Shown one piece after another: positions 52,001 to 62,820 of a stretch of 64,000 bases of DNA. The notes under the pieces were generated by a model. That model was not told the origin of the DNA and searched no databases. It saw only the letters and a list, made by a program, of their open reading frames with translations. A program made the translations under genes and the position numbers. Position 1 is the stretch's first letter. Each line of letters begins with the position of its first letter. This DNA is from Mobula hypostoma (Eukaryota), in contig NC_086097.1 in assembly GCF_963921235.1 (NCBI RefSeq), positions 140,556,001 to 140,620,000 on the forward strand, in the 5' to 3' direction.

Positions 52001-55000
52001 TTTAATCGTCATAGTTTCCATAACTACTCTACTTGTTTCCCTTACCTTACATAATTCAATATTCTTCTCCTTAGTGAATACCGAAGAAAAGAAATTGTTC
52101 AAAATCTCCCCCATCTCTTTTGGCTCTGCACATAGCCACCACTCTGATTCTCTAAGGGACCAATTTTATCCCTCACTATCCTTTTGCTATTAATATAACT
52201 GTAGAAACCCTTTGGATTTATTTTCACCTTACTTGCCAAAGCAACCTCATATCTTCTTTTAGCTTTTCTAATTTCTTTCTTAAGATTCTTTTCACATTCT
52301 TTATATTCCTCGAGCACCTCATTTACTCCAAGCTGGCTATATTTATTGTAGATATCTCTCTTTTTCCAAACCAAGTTTTCAATATCCCTTGAAAACCATG
52401 GCTCTCTCAAACTTTCAACCTTTCCTTTCAACCTAACAGGAACATAAAGATTCTGTACCCTCAAAATTTCACCTTTAAATGACCTCCATTTCTCTATTAC
52501 ATCCTTCCCATAAAACAAATTGTCCCAATCCACTCCTTCTAAATCCTTTCGCATCTCCTCTAAGTTAGCCTTTCTCCAATCAAAAATCTCAACCCTGGGT
52601 CCAGTCCTATCCTTCTCCATAATTATATTGAAACTCGAGAATCTCCAGAGGGGAAGGCCCCAGATCTCCGGAGGGGAAGGCCCCAAATCCTCGGCTTTGC
52701 CCATTGCCTGTTGCCAGGGCCGGGGTCGATGTGCTCGGCAGAGATGGTGCTCGGTGTCACAGGGCTGGTTGGAGGCTTGAAGTTTTCGGACGGACTCAAG
52801 AGTCGGCTGTGGTCAGGTGCTTCCAGGATGCTGCATCGACAAGTTTGCAGCGCTGGAAGCTCATGGCAGGAAGAGAGTTTCTCTTCCTTCTACCGTCTGC
52901 GTCAAATGATGGGACTTTTGAGAGACTTTGAGACTTTTTTTTTTACCGTGCCCATGGTCTGTTCTTCATCAAATTAGATTACGAAGACACACAGTCCTCC
53001 TTTATTGTCATTTAGTAATGCATGCATTAAGAAATGATACAGTATTTCCTCCGGTGTGATATCACAAAACACAGGACAGACCAAGACTGTAAAAAACTAA
53101 CAAAACCACATAATTATAACATATAGTTACAACAGTGCAACAATACCATAACTTGATGAAGAAGTCCATGAGCACAGTAAAAGTTCAAAGTCACTCAAAT
53201 ATCCCACATCTCATGGAGACGGAGAGAAGGAAGAAAAACTCTCCCTGCCATACCCGACCACGGTCCGACTCTGAGTCATCCCAAAACTTCGAGCTCTGAT
53301 CAGCTCTCCGATACCAAGTATTGAGCGCCATTACTATCCGAACGATTCGACCTCCTTCTCGGTCACCAACAGCAGGCAAAGCCGGGGATTTTGAGGCCTA
53401 CCCTCCGGAAGGTTCCCGACCATGCAGTAACGACAGCAGTGAATGAGTGTTTCAGAAATTTTTCTAGATGTTCCTCTGTGCTTTCACATCCATCTTCATC
53501 AAATCAGAATTGTCCACGGCCCCTATTTAACAGATACGATATAATTTTTCATCAGAGGGCTGCGCATGCGCGACACGCTGCTTCTCTTCTCCTCCTGCCT
53601 ACGGTATTATGGTATTGCTTTGCATTGTTGTAACTATATGTTATTATTATGTGGTTTTTGTCAGTTTTTTTAGTCTTGGTTTGTCTTGTGTTTCTGTGAT
53701 ATCATTCTGGAGGAACATTGTATCATTTCTTAACACATGCATTACTAAATGACAATAAAAGAGGACTGTGTGTCCTCATAATCATAATAACTTTATCCTC
53801 TGTCAAAGCATAACCCCAATTCTGCAGAGACTGTGTTTATGGAGCTGACTCTCTATCTGTCCCTGACTGAGCCCTCCCTCAGTCACTGCATCAGAATAAG
53901 AATCAGAATCAGGTTTCATCACCGGCATCTGTCACGAAATTTGTTGCTACGCAGCAGCAGCACATTCCAATACATAATAAAAACTATCAATCACAGTAAA
54001 TAGATATATATTTTAAAGTTAAATTAAAGAAGCAGAGCAAAAAGAGAAGAGGTAGTGCTCATAGGTTCAATGTCCATTCAGAAATCTGATGGCAGAGGGG
54101 AAGAAGCTGTTCCTGAACCGTAAAGGCTATTCATGCATGGGCCATACATTACATTGTCCCACACCCTGAGCAAAACAAAAATATTCTCGTTGTTCTACCT
54201 ATTCCCCCCCTCCCCACTGTTTCTGCATCTCTTGCATTGGTATGCCCTTGGAGCAGCCCGCAAATGTTGGCACGTTTCCAGCACCAACATAGAAACATAG
54301 AAAATAGGTGCAGGAGTACGCCATTCGGCCCTTCGAGCCTGCACCGCCATTCAGTATGATCATGGCTGATCATCCAACTCAGAACTCTGTACCAGCCTTC
54401 CCTCCATACCCCCTGATCCCTTTAGCCACAAGGGCCATATCTAACTCCCTCTTAAATATAGCCAATGAATTGGCCTCAACTGTTTCCTGTGGCAGAGAAT
54501 TCCACAGATTCACCACTCTCTGTGTGAAGAAGTTTTTCCTAATCTCGGTCCTAAAAGGCTTCCCCATTATCCTCAAACTGTGACCCCTCGTTCTGGACTT
54601 CCCCAACATCGGGAACAATCTTCCTGCATCTAGCCTGTCCAATCCCTTTAGGATTTTATACATTTCAATCAGATCCCCCCTCAATCTTCTGAATTCCAAC
54701 GAGTATAAGCCTAGTTCATCCTGTCTTTCTTCATATGAAAGTCCTGCCATCCCAGGAATCAATCTGGTGAACCTTCTTTGTACTCCCTCTATGGCAACAT
54801 AGCATGGCCACTAACACAAACCCGTACGCCTCCGGAACATGGGAGGAACTGGCGCACCCAGAGGAAGCACACAGGGCCACGGGGAGAGCATACGCAGTCC
54901 TTACAGACAGTGGTGGGAATTGAATCCCGAGCTTACAGATTGTTGCACTGAATGCAACTCTACTGTGCCTCCTCAATATTACCATGCCTTTTCCCAACAT

Positions 55001-58000
55001 TGCAGAGTCTCCGATTATCAAAAATCTGATCAATCTCATTCTACCCACCATTAGTTGCTGCTGTTTGTAGGAGAGAGTTCTGACCTTTTCCCACCCCTTT
55101 GCAGATGTGTTTCCTAAACCCATTACTGAAGCATGCCCTCTACTCCCTGGTCACGGACTCTGTCCAATAGGAAGACACTCTCTCCATCTGGCCTCTCATA
55201 TTACCTCCCCTAATATCCAGAAAACTTCAACCAAATATATCTCAACCTTTGACGTTCCAGGTGCCATCCTTTACATCAAGGCTGCACTCCCTAAAAGCTA
55301 GGATATCAATACTCACTGAGGCATCCAGTACTGTCCTGTGTATCCCTGTAGCAAAGCTTATAGCCCTCATCCTGTTAGCTGTTGTCATTACTTTCTACTG
55401 CACCATCCATAACATTTTGATCAAAAATCAAGATATTGTAGAAATTAGCAGACACAAGGAAATCTGCAAATGCTGGAAATTCAAGCAACACACACAAAAA
55501 ATGCTGGTGAATGAAGCAGGTTAGGCAGCATCTAAGGAAGAGGTACAGTCGACGTTTTGGGCCGAGACCCTTCGTCGGGATTAACTGAAAGAAGAGGTAG
55601 TAAGAGATTTGAAAGTGGGAGGGGGAGGGGGAGATCCAAAATGATAGGACAAGACAGGAGGGGGAGGGTGGATCTAAGAGCTGGAAAGTTGATTGGCAAA
55701 AGGGATACCAGACTGGAGAAGGGAGAGGAGCATGGGACGGGAAGCCTGAGGAGAAAGAGAAAGGGGGAGGGGAGTCCAGAGGGTGGAGAGCAGGCAAGGA
55801 GTTACAGTGAGAGGGACAGAGGGAGGAAAAAGAGAAAAAAAAGGAGGGAAAAAATAAAATTAAAAAAAAAGGGATATATTTTTTATTCCCCCCTTTTTTT
55901 CTCTCTCTTTTTTCTCCCTCAGTCCCTCTCACTATAACTCCTTGCCTGCTCTCCACCCTCTGGGCTCCCTCCCCCCTTCTCTTTCTCCCCAGGCTTCCCG
56001 TCCCATGATCTTCTCCCTTCTCCAGCTCTTAGATCCACCCCTCCCCCTCCTGTCTTCATCTATCTTTTCAGATCTCCCCCTCCCAAATCTCTTACTATCT
56101 CTTCTTTCATTTAGTCCTGACGAAGGGTCCGGCTCAAAACGTCGACTGTACCTCTTCCTACAGATGCTGTCTGACCTGCTTTGTTCACCAGCATTTATTG
56201 TAGAAATTATAGTATTTAGCCAAGGCATTAAACACGTCCTTTCTGACTGGATATTCTGTGAGAACAGGGTAGGTCTCCATAGTGTATTGGCCAATACTTA
56301 CAATTCACCCAACATCACCACAGACAGGTCATCTTAAGAAAGTGAGCATTTAAACTGTGTAGCACCATTCACTGCCTCAGTATGTACCAGAGCATTCTGT
56401 CAGCTAATGAAATTCAATCACTAACAGTGACAGAAACACTGCCATTATTTTAATGACATTTTGCTGTATGTAATTTGATTGCAGCATGTCTAATCTTATG
56501 GTAGTGACCACGGGTGCTGGATTGGTTGGAGATAACGTTGGGAGGAGTTGAAGGTGAAATAGGTTTTGGTTTAATACATTTTCTTTATCAAGTCATAGAC
56601 TTCACTGTGTTTCAGCCAAAGCTTCAGCACAGGTACCATTATCTGTGCAGGGGTTAGAAAGAAAAGCAATACTTACGTAGATTCTAATTGCGTCCCATCC
56701 ATTAGAGTTGCGTTGAAGTGATACTTGATGTAGTCCCCTTTCTTGGTTCGGGCAGTGCAGTTGCTTGGCTTGTGGGAAGTTTTGATCTCAATTTTATCAG
56801 ATGGATTGTGGACGTCAATCAAATGGATGTGAAAAACAAGGACAGCAGAGCCAGGGATGCTATCGCCTGTTCCAAAAGGAAACAGCATATCAGAGTAACA
56901 CCAGTCATGGGGGGAGAGGAAATCCACTCCTCAAGGTTCTGGCTGACAATATGTTCAATCATAACTAGATCTTTTGGGTCTGAGGACCTCCACTGGTTCC
57001 CAGTGAACCTGGAGAAATCAAGGAAGACTATAGTGCTGCCAGAACATTGGGAGTTCTAGCAACAACACTAATTTTGTCAGCAATAACTCAAGATTGTAAA
57101 AACCCAAAAATTGGTTGCCTGATAATTTGGAAATCCTGAGGTTTGGCATTTGGATGACCACTTTTTGATTCCCCACTCCCCTTTTAAATGCACTAGGGCC
57201 CCATTGCTCATTCTCCCTTTAAATACACTGGGTTCACTGGAAAAAAATGTTACACTATAGTGCATGATTTTAAGAAAGGGACATTAAAATTTGTCCTGTA
57301 TCAATAGGAGCAACATTCAATATGGTGGAAAATCTGCAAGTGTGATTATCAGTGTTACTGCAAAAAAAATTAATAAATTGTGCATCGTATGGTATTTTTT
57401 CCTGTTAATGTGGAGATTTATAACATCGAGGGGCATACACAGCATATGTAATCAGATCAATAACAACATCACATTTAAGACTCACAATAACAAGGAAATA
57501 TAAATAAAATCAAAACCCAGCCAAGACCAATAGTTAACTTGCATAAACTGAAGAGGTTTAACAAATACTTTAAATTGTTTCAGGTGCACTAACTATTAAA
57601 TCATACTTACTTACACCTTCTTCACCGTATCCCAGATGTGGGGGGATTATAATGGTCCTCCACTCTCCAACACACACACCCAACAATCCTTCTTCCATCC
57701 CAGCAATCACCTGGCCCATCCCAATGTAGGTGTCATAAGTATGATTACGAGAATAGCTGGAAAAGAACCAAACAATGTGGAACTGCTTCCAGAGAAGTAC
57801 AACTAGATGAGAATGAGTGTCCATATTGGACACATCCATACCCTATTCTGCCAACCAGTCCACATCTCTACTCACTCCCAACCACATCTAAACTGCTCCA
57901 CCCCACTCAGTCAACATCTGTATCCTCCTACCTATTCACATCTGTAATCCTCAATTACACCTGGTCCACATCCTTCTCCCATCCACACCTGTACCTTTAC

Positions 58001-59604
58001 CCCCAGTCCATAAATGTGTCCGTGCTCCCCAACCATCAGTCTACATCTGGATCTAAGATTCTCTGTGCAGAAGATGGATCTTCCTCAACATAGGGACAGG
58101 AAGCCCTCAAAATGCCCACATCAGTCAGATCGCAGAATGAGTGACATGGTGTTAAAATGTGTTCAGACGTTACCTGGAATCAAACAAAGTGCCATCCATA
58201 AATGTGCCGTTGTAATGGTATCTCACAAAATCACCTGCTTTAGTCTTCCTGGGACAGGGATCCGGCACAAATTCTTGCTCAATGGCTACACTATCTTTAG
58301 GATTATGGAAGTCAATCAGAGTCACATGAAAGACCAGAGTAGCTTGTGCAGGAATATCTTTTCCTGGAATATTAAAAACAGAAATTACCTGTACCACGAA
58401 ATGCAAATATACCATTTACAACATACCAAAACATTGTCTATTCCTCCACGCTCACATACTCTGTACTGTGACTAGCTCCCAACCCTAAACTCACACCAGT
58501 TCTGATAATGCTGATCTGCCACACACACACAAAAAAAGTCTTAACAGAATCCTTTGGTAAACTTTGTTCACATGGAAGGGGCTGGCGTAGTTAGCCCTCC
58601 CTAGAATTCCTCCTCATCTTGCCCTACTAATTTAAAAAGGTGTAACCTACGCCTATTTTTGTAAACCCCTCTAACTCCTACACCCCTTTCCATCTCCCGC
58701 CTCTACACACCTTCCCATCCTGGCTACCCTATCCATTCCCCTGCCTTTTTTCACCAAATCTACTAACTCCTCATTGTGCTGTCCCTTGCTAACTGGGTCC
58801 CAAGCTCTGGAGTTTCTCTCTAAATTTCTCTGTGTCTCTCTTTTGCTCATGTTGAGAGAAGTTTGTCAATCTACCCCAATTGTTCAGATGTGAATTATTA
58901 TTTCTGGCTTGATATGAAAATCTGTAAGGTGATATTGGATGTATTTCCATATTAAAGATGCTACAGAAAAGCCTGCCGTTATCACATCCATGCTACATGT
59001 TACAGAAAGATACAAGTGAGAAGGTCATCAAATCCATCACAGTTGTTATGTTGAATTTCAAGACCAGGCTCCACCTGAAAACTAAGTTTCATGCAATGTG
59101 TTAGTCATTGTCTGAAGCCGTTGTCGGGCTCACCATCTCCTCGATCTCCATAGCCCAGGAAAGGGGGAACGGTGATCGTCCTTCTTTCCCCAGTGCACAT
59201 GCCCAACAACCCTTCATCCATGCCTGGTATCAGCCAGCCAATTCCAATATAAGTATCAAAGGTCCGCTGGCGAGTGTGGCTACAGAGATAAGACCTAGAT
59301 GTGAGGACAAGTGGACCAAACCCAAGAAAGGTAGCCCCAACAAGTCAGCAGTTTGATGATTAATAAAAACGACACAAGGCCCACTGATGTAAAAAAAAAG
59401 CCGCATATAAATACCTGGAGTCAAAGAGGGTACCATCGAGGAGGGTTCCATTGTAGTGGTAACGCATAAAGTCAGACACCTGCACAATGCGGTTACAGTT
59501 CTCAGGTTTATAATGAACATCAATCTTCACTTTATCTTCAGGATTCCAGATATCAAGCATCAACACATCAAAGAACAAGGTGGCATCTGGTGGGATCATA
59601 TCAG
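45893..59604 (-). CDS. FKBP9: Peptidyl-prolyl cis-trans isomerase FKBP9, exons 3-10 (5'-partial); complement(join(45893-46072,48391-48554,49194-49339,56677-56866,57611-57756,58174-58363,59134-59279,59415-59604))
   Basis: Three complete FKBP domains plus the end of a fourth (RYHYNGT..DGT.FDS, GMDx[11 protein letters not shown]), two EF-hands ([24 protein letters not shown]) and C-terminal KHDEL. All GT-AG junctions are in phase. FKLKDQE..KHDEL and NT5C3A adjacency favour FKBP9 over FKBP10. Confidence 0.94.
47655..48368. repeat. C-rich low-complexity minisatellite (ccccatcctctccaa-like units) in FKBP9 intron 9
   Basis: About 700 bp almost devoid of G on +, with recurring cccatcctctccaa. Confidence 0.9.
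48391..48554 (-). CDS. FKBP9: FKBP9 exon 9 [31 protein letters not shown]...[12 protein letters not shown] (EF-hand 1)
   Basis: ctacag|CG ... GAG|gtaaaa, 164 nt. Confidence 0.94.
49194..49339 (-). CDS. FKBP9: FKBP9 exon 8 [48 protein letters not shown]
   Basis: ttttcag|T ... G|gtacgt, 146 nt. Confidence 0.94.
50203..50296. repeat. 3 x 31-bp tandem repeat
   Basis: cttctgaaagacagagagccagctcacacca units at 50203, 50234 and 50265. Confidence 0.9.
50399..52634 (-). mobile_element. Young CR1 LINE, 5'-truncated, (ataaccat)n tail
   Basis: ORFs 52099-52704, 51629-52114 and 50475-51287 carry CR1 ORF2 motifs; highly similar to 61407-62820. Confidence 0.93.
52636..53790. mobile_element. Plus-strand copy of the (attag)n-tail retroposon interrupted by a minus-strand copy (52974-53598)
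   Basis: Host reads ...cttcatcaaatta / tatggtattgctttgc... which is contiguous in the reverse complement of 26300-26340. Confidence 0.8.
54288..54800 (-). mobile_element. CR1 LINE 3' fragment, (agaaacat)n tail
   Basis: [17 protein letters not shown]...[16 protein letters not shown]. Confidence 0.9.
54810..54970 (-). mobile_element. V-domain SINE fragment
   Basis: Reverse complement has ggattcaattccc B-box and ctctccccgtggccctgtgtgcttcctctgggtgcgccagttcctccca. Confidence 0.65.
55445..56200. repeat. Head-to-head inverted pair of Penelope-like 3' ends (about 700-bp imperfect palindrome)
   Basis: 55500-55860 is the reverse complement of 55880-56197; centre near 55875. Confidence 0.9.
56113..56147 (+). 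ncRNA. Minimal type-I hammerhead ribozyme-like motif (representative, degenerate copy)
   Basis: agtc CTGACGA a ggg tccgg ctc AAAA cg TC gact: stem I agtc/gact, CUGANGA core, stem II, GAAA decayed to AAAA, GUC triplet. Confidence 0.55.
56677..56866 (-). CDS. FKBP9: FKBP9 exon 7 [21 protein letters not shown]...[16 protein letters not shown]
   Basis: gaacag|GC ... AC|gtaagt, 190 nt. Confidence 0.93.
57611..57756 (-). CDS. FKBP9: FKBP9 exon 6 [48 protein letters not shown]
   Basis: tttccag|C ... A|gtaagt, 146 nt. Confidence 0.93.
58174..58363 (-). CDS. FKBP9: FKBP9 exon 5 [14 protein letters not shown]...[16 protein letters not shown]
   Basis: ttccag|GA ... AG|gtaacg, 190 nt. Confidence 0.94.
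59134..59279 (-). CDS. FKBP9: FKBP9 exon 4 [48 protein letters not shown]
   Basis: ctgtag|C ... G|gtgagc, 146 nt; not shown in the ORF track. Confidence 0.94.
59415..59604 (-). CDS. FKBP9: FKBP9 exon 3 [20 protein letters not shown]...[16 protein letters not shown]
   Basis: gtgcag|CT ... AG|gtattt, 190 nt. Confidence 0.94.
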
Positions 59605-60892
59605 CTGCACATTAAAAATAACAGGATTAGTCCTGACACACACCAGGAAATACCAGCTTCAATGATTGTGTAGCATAGAATCACAGAGTGATACCAGAAC
59701 TTGGAACATTATGTCGCAAAGTCAGGTCACAGAAGTAATGTCTGCATTCTTTGGTATAGGAGATTAATTTGGGCAGGAAAGGGGACTCAAGACATTTAAA
59801 ATTATAGAAGACTTAGATCAGAATTATACTGAAACTATTTCCACTGATGGCAAATCTCTAGAACCAGGTAACAGAACTTTGGAACAATTTTTTACTGACA
59901 AGTGGCATGCCAGATATCACACCCCAAAAAGGTTTCCTAGAGTAAGATCTGTGGATCCTTATTGACTAGAAAAGTTAAGAGATATGGAGAAAGGACAGGA
60001 AGCTGTAGTAGGTGAAAATAATCTTAATGAATTTAAGGCATGCTCAAATCACCTCCTTCTCGTCCTATGTTCCAAGGGAAACAGGCTGAAGGTCCAAACC
60101 AAGAGCTCCTCCAATTTGCTATTGCAGCCAAAATAAGTAATTGAGCTCTTACCAGCAACCAATCTGGACATCGTAAGTCTGAGAGGAGGGAATTTCACTC
60201 AGGCCCACGGCCTGAGTAGGAAAAGGCAGCAGTGGATCACTTCAGCATAACTGAACTCTGACCAGTGACCAATCCATGTTTGGGATTGATTAGCAACAGC
60301 AAATTAAAGGAAGACAGGGGCAGGTACTGCAGCCATCGTCTGAGTAGACAGTTAGAGTGGTGATCTTGAGGTTTAGCTATTCAAGGCTGCAGTAAAGTGA
60401 GGCTTTAGTCAGAGAAAGCAAAAAAAAGAAAACCTCTAGGTAAAGTTTTCTTCCCCCTCCCTTCTTCATATCTGCTCAGTTAGGACAGTAAAGATGCCAG
60501 GCAGAACAGTTGAATGCTCCTCTTGCGGGATGTGGGAAGGCAGGGAGACCTCCAGTGTACCTGACAACTACAACTGTGAGAAATACATCCAGCTGCAGCT
60601 TCTAACAAGCCTCATTAAGAATTGGAGCTGGAACTGGATGAACTCTGGACCAATCGGGAGGCTGAGGGGCTGATAGGCCATATAGAGAAGCAGACAAAGT
60701 GCTCCCCTGGCAAATGCAGAAATTGCCAGGACCCAAGCAGAGGTATTTAAAATATCTTAGTGACAGAAGAGGTAGCAGAGGATTGGAGGATAGCCAGTGT
60801 TGTTCTGCTGTTTTAAAAAGGCTCTAAACATAAACCAGGAAACTATAGGTAGATAAGTCTGACATCAGTTGTGGGAAAATTATTGGAAGATA

Positions 60893-61337
60893 CAAGGGGT
60901 GATTGATAAGTTCATAGCCTAAGGTAGAAGGAGTCAATTTTAGAAAACCTAGCACATTTATTTTTCAACATAATCCCCTACACTTACACACTTAGTCCAG
61001 CGGTCGTGGAGCATACGGAACTTGGACCTCCAAAAAGTGTCCACAGCATTGGTAATTGATAAGTTCGTGGCCTAGGGTAGACGGAGATGAGTTATACAGC
61101 TCTCGTTACATGCACATGTAGTTCAACTCTCTGAGGGATTATGCAGAAAGTTTGAAGTTAATAACTCAGCTCCTTCTACCTTAGGCCACAAACTTATCAA
61201 TCACCCCTGGTGAGTTATTAACTTCAAACTTTGAAGTGTGTAAATACAGGAGGGGACTATGTTGAAAAATAAACATGCTAGGTTTTCTAAAATTGACTCC
61301 TTCTACCTTAGGTCACGAACTTATCAAGCACCCCTCG
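60893..61337. mobile_element. Mariner-type MITE, 445 bp
   Basis: TA|caaggggtgattgataagttc ... gaacttatcaagcacccctcg|TA; TIRs of about 90 bp; no ORF. Confidence 0.88.
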
Positions 61338-61406
61338 TATTCTAAGGGACCAGATATATAGTATTTGGATAGACATGGACTGATTAAGGATAGTTAGTCT
61401 GGCTTT

Positions 61407-62820
61407 ATATAACCATATAACAATTACAGCACGGAAACAGGCCATCTCGGCCCTTCTAGTCCGTGCCGAACTCTTACTCTCACCTAGTCCCACCGACCTG
61501 CATTCAGCCCATAACCCTCCATTCCTTTCCTGTCCATATAGCTATCCAATTTAACTTTAAATGACAACATCGTACCTACCTCAACCACTTCTGCTGGAAG
61601 CTCATTCCACACAGCTACCACTATCTGAGTAAAGAAGTCCCCCCTCATGTTACCCCTAAACTTTTGTCCTTTAACTCTCAACTCATGTCCCCTTTTTTGA
61701 ATTTTCCCCACTCTCAATGGAAAAAGCCTATCCATGTCAACTCTATCAATCCCCCTCATAATTTTAAACACCTCTATCAAGTCCCCCCTCAACCTTCTAC
61801 GCTTCAAAAAATAAAGACCTAACTTGTTCAACCTTTCTCTGTAACTTAGGAGATGAAACCCAGGCAACATTTTAGTAAACCTCCTCTGTACTCTCTCAAT
61901 TTTATTGACATCTTTCCTATAATTCGGTGACCAGAACTGTACACAATACTCCAAATTTGGCCTTACCAATGCCTTATACAATTTCAACATTACATCCAAA
62001 CTCCTATACTCAATGCTCTGATTAATAAAGGCCAGCATACCAAAAGCTTTCTTCACCACCCTATCCACATGAGATTCCACCTGCAGGGAACTATGCACCA
62101 TTATTCCTAGATCCCTCTGTTCTACAGCATTCTTCAATGCCCTACCATTTACCATGTATGTCCTATTTTGATTAGTCCTACCAAAATGTAGCACCTCACA
62201 TTTTTCGGCATTAAACTCCATCTGCCATCTTTCAGCCCACCCTTCTAACTGTCCTAAATCTCTCTGCAAGCTTTGAAAACCTACCTCATCATCCACAACA
62301 CCACCTATCTTAGTATCATCTGCATACTTACTAATCCAATTTACCACCCCATCATCCAGATCATTAATATATATGACAAACAACATTGGACCCAGTACAG
62401 ATCCCTGAGGCACACTGCTACACACCATCCTCCAATCTGACACACAGTTATCCACCACTATTCTCTGGCATCTCCCATCTAGCCACTGCTGAATCCATTT
62501 TATTACTTCCATATTAATGCCTAACGATTGAACCTTCCTAACTAACCTTCTGTGTGGAACCTTGTCAAAGGCCTTACTGGTCCATATAGACAACATCTAC
62601 TGCTTTACCCTCGTCAACTTTCCTAGTAACCTCATCAAAAAATTCAATAAGGTTTGTCAAACATGACCTATCACGCACAAATCCATGTTGACTGTTCCCA
62701 ATCAGACCCTGTCTGTCCAGATAATTATATATACCATCTCTAAGAATACTTTCCATCAATTTACCCACTACTGACGTCAAACTCACAGGCCGATAATTGC
62801 CAAGTTTATTCTTAGAACCC
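61407..62820 (-). mobile_element. Young CR1 LINE 3' part with an uninterrupted 370-codon RT C-terminal frame
   Basis: [27 protein letters not shown]; same tail and family as 50399-52634. Confidence 0.93.

Noticed and set aside
55375..56337. Overlapping 120-193 aa ORFs on both strands
   Set aside because: By-products of the purine/pyrimidine-skewed Penelope palindrome.
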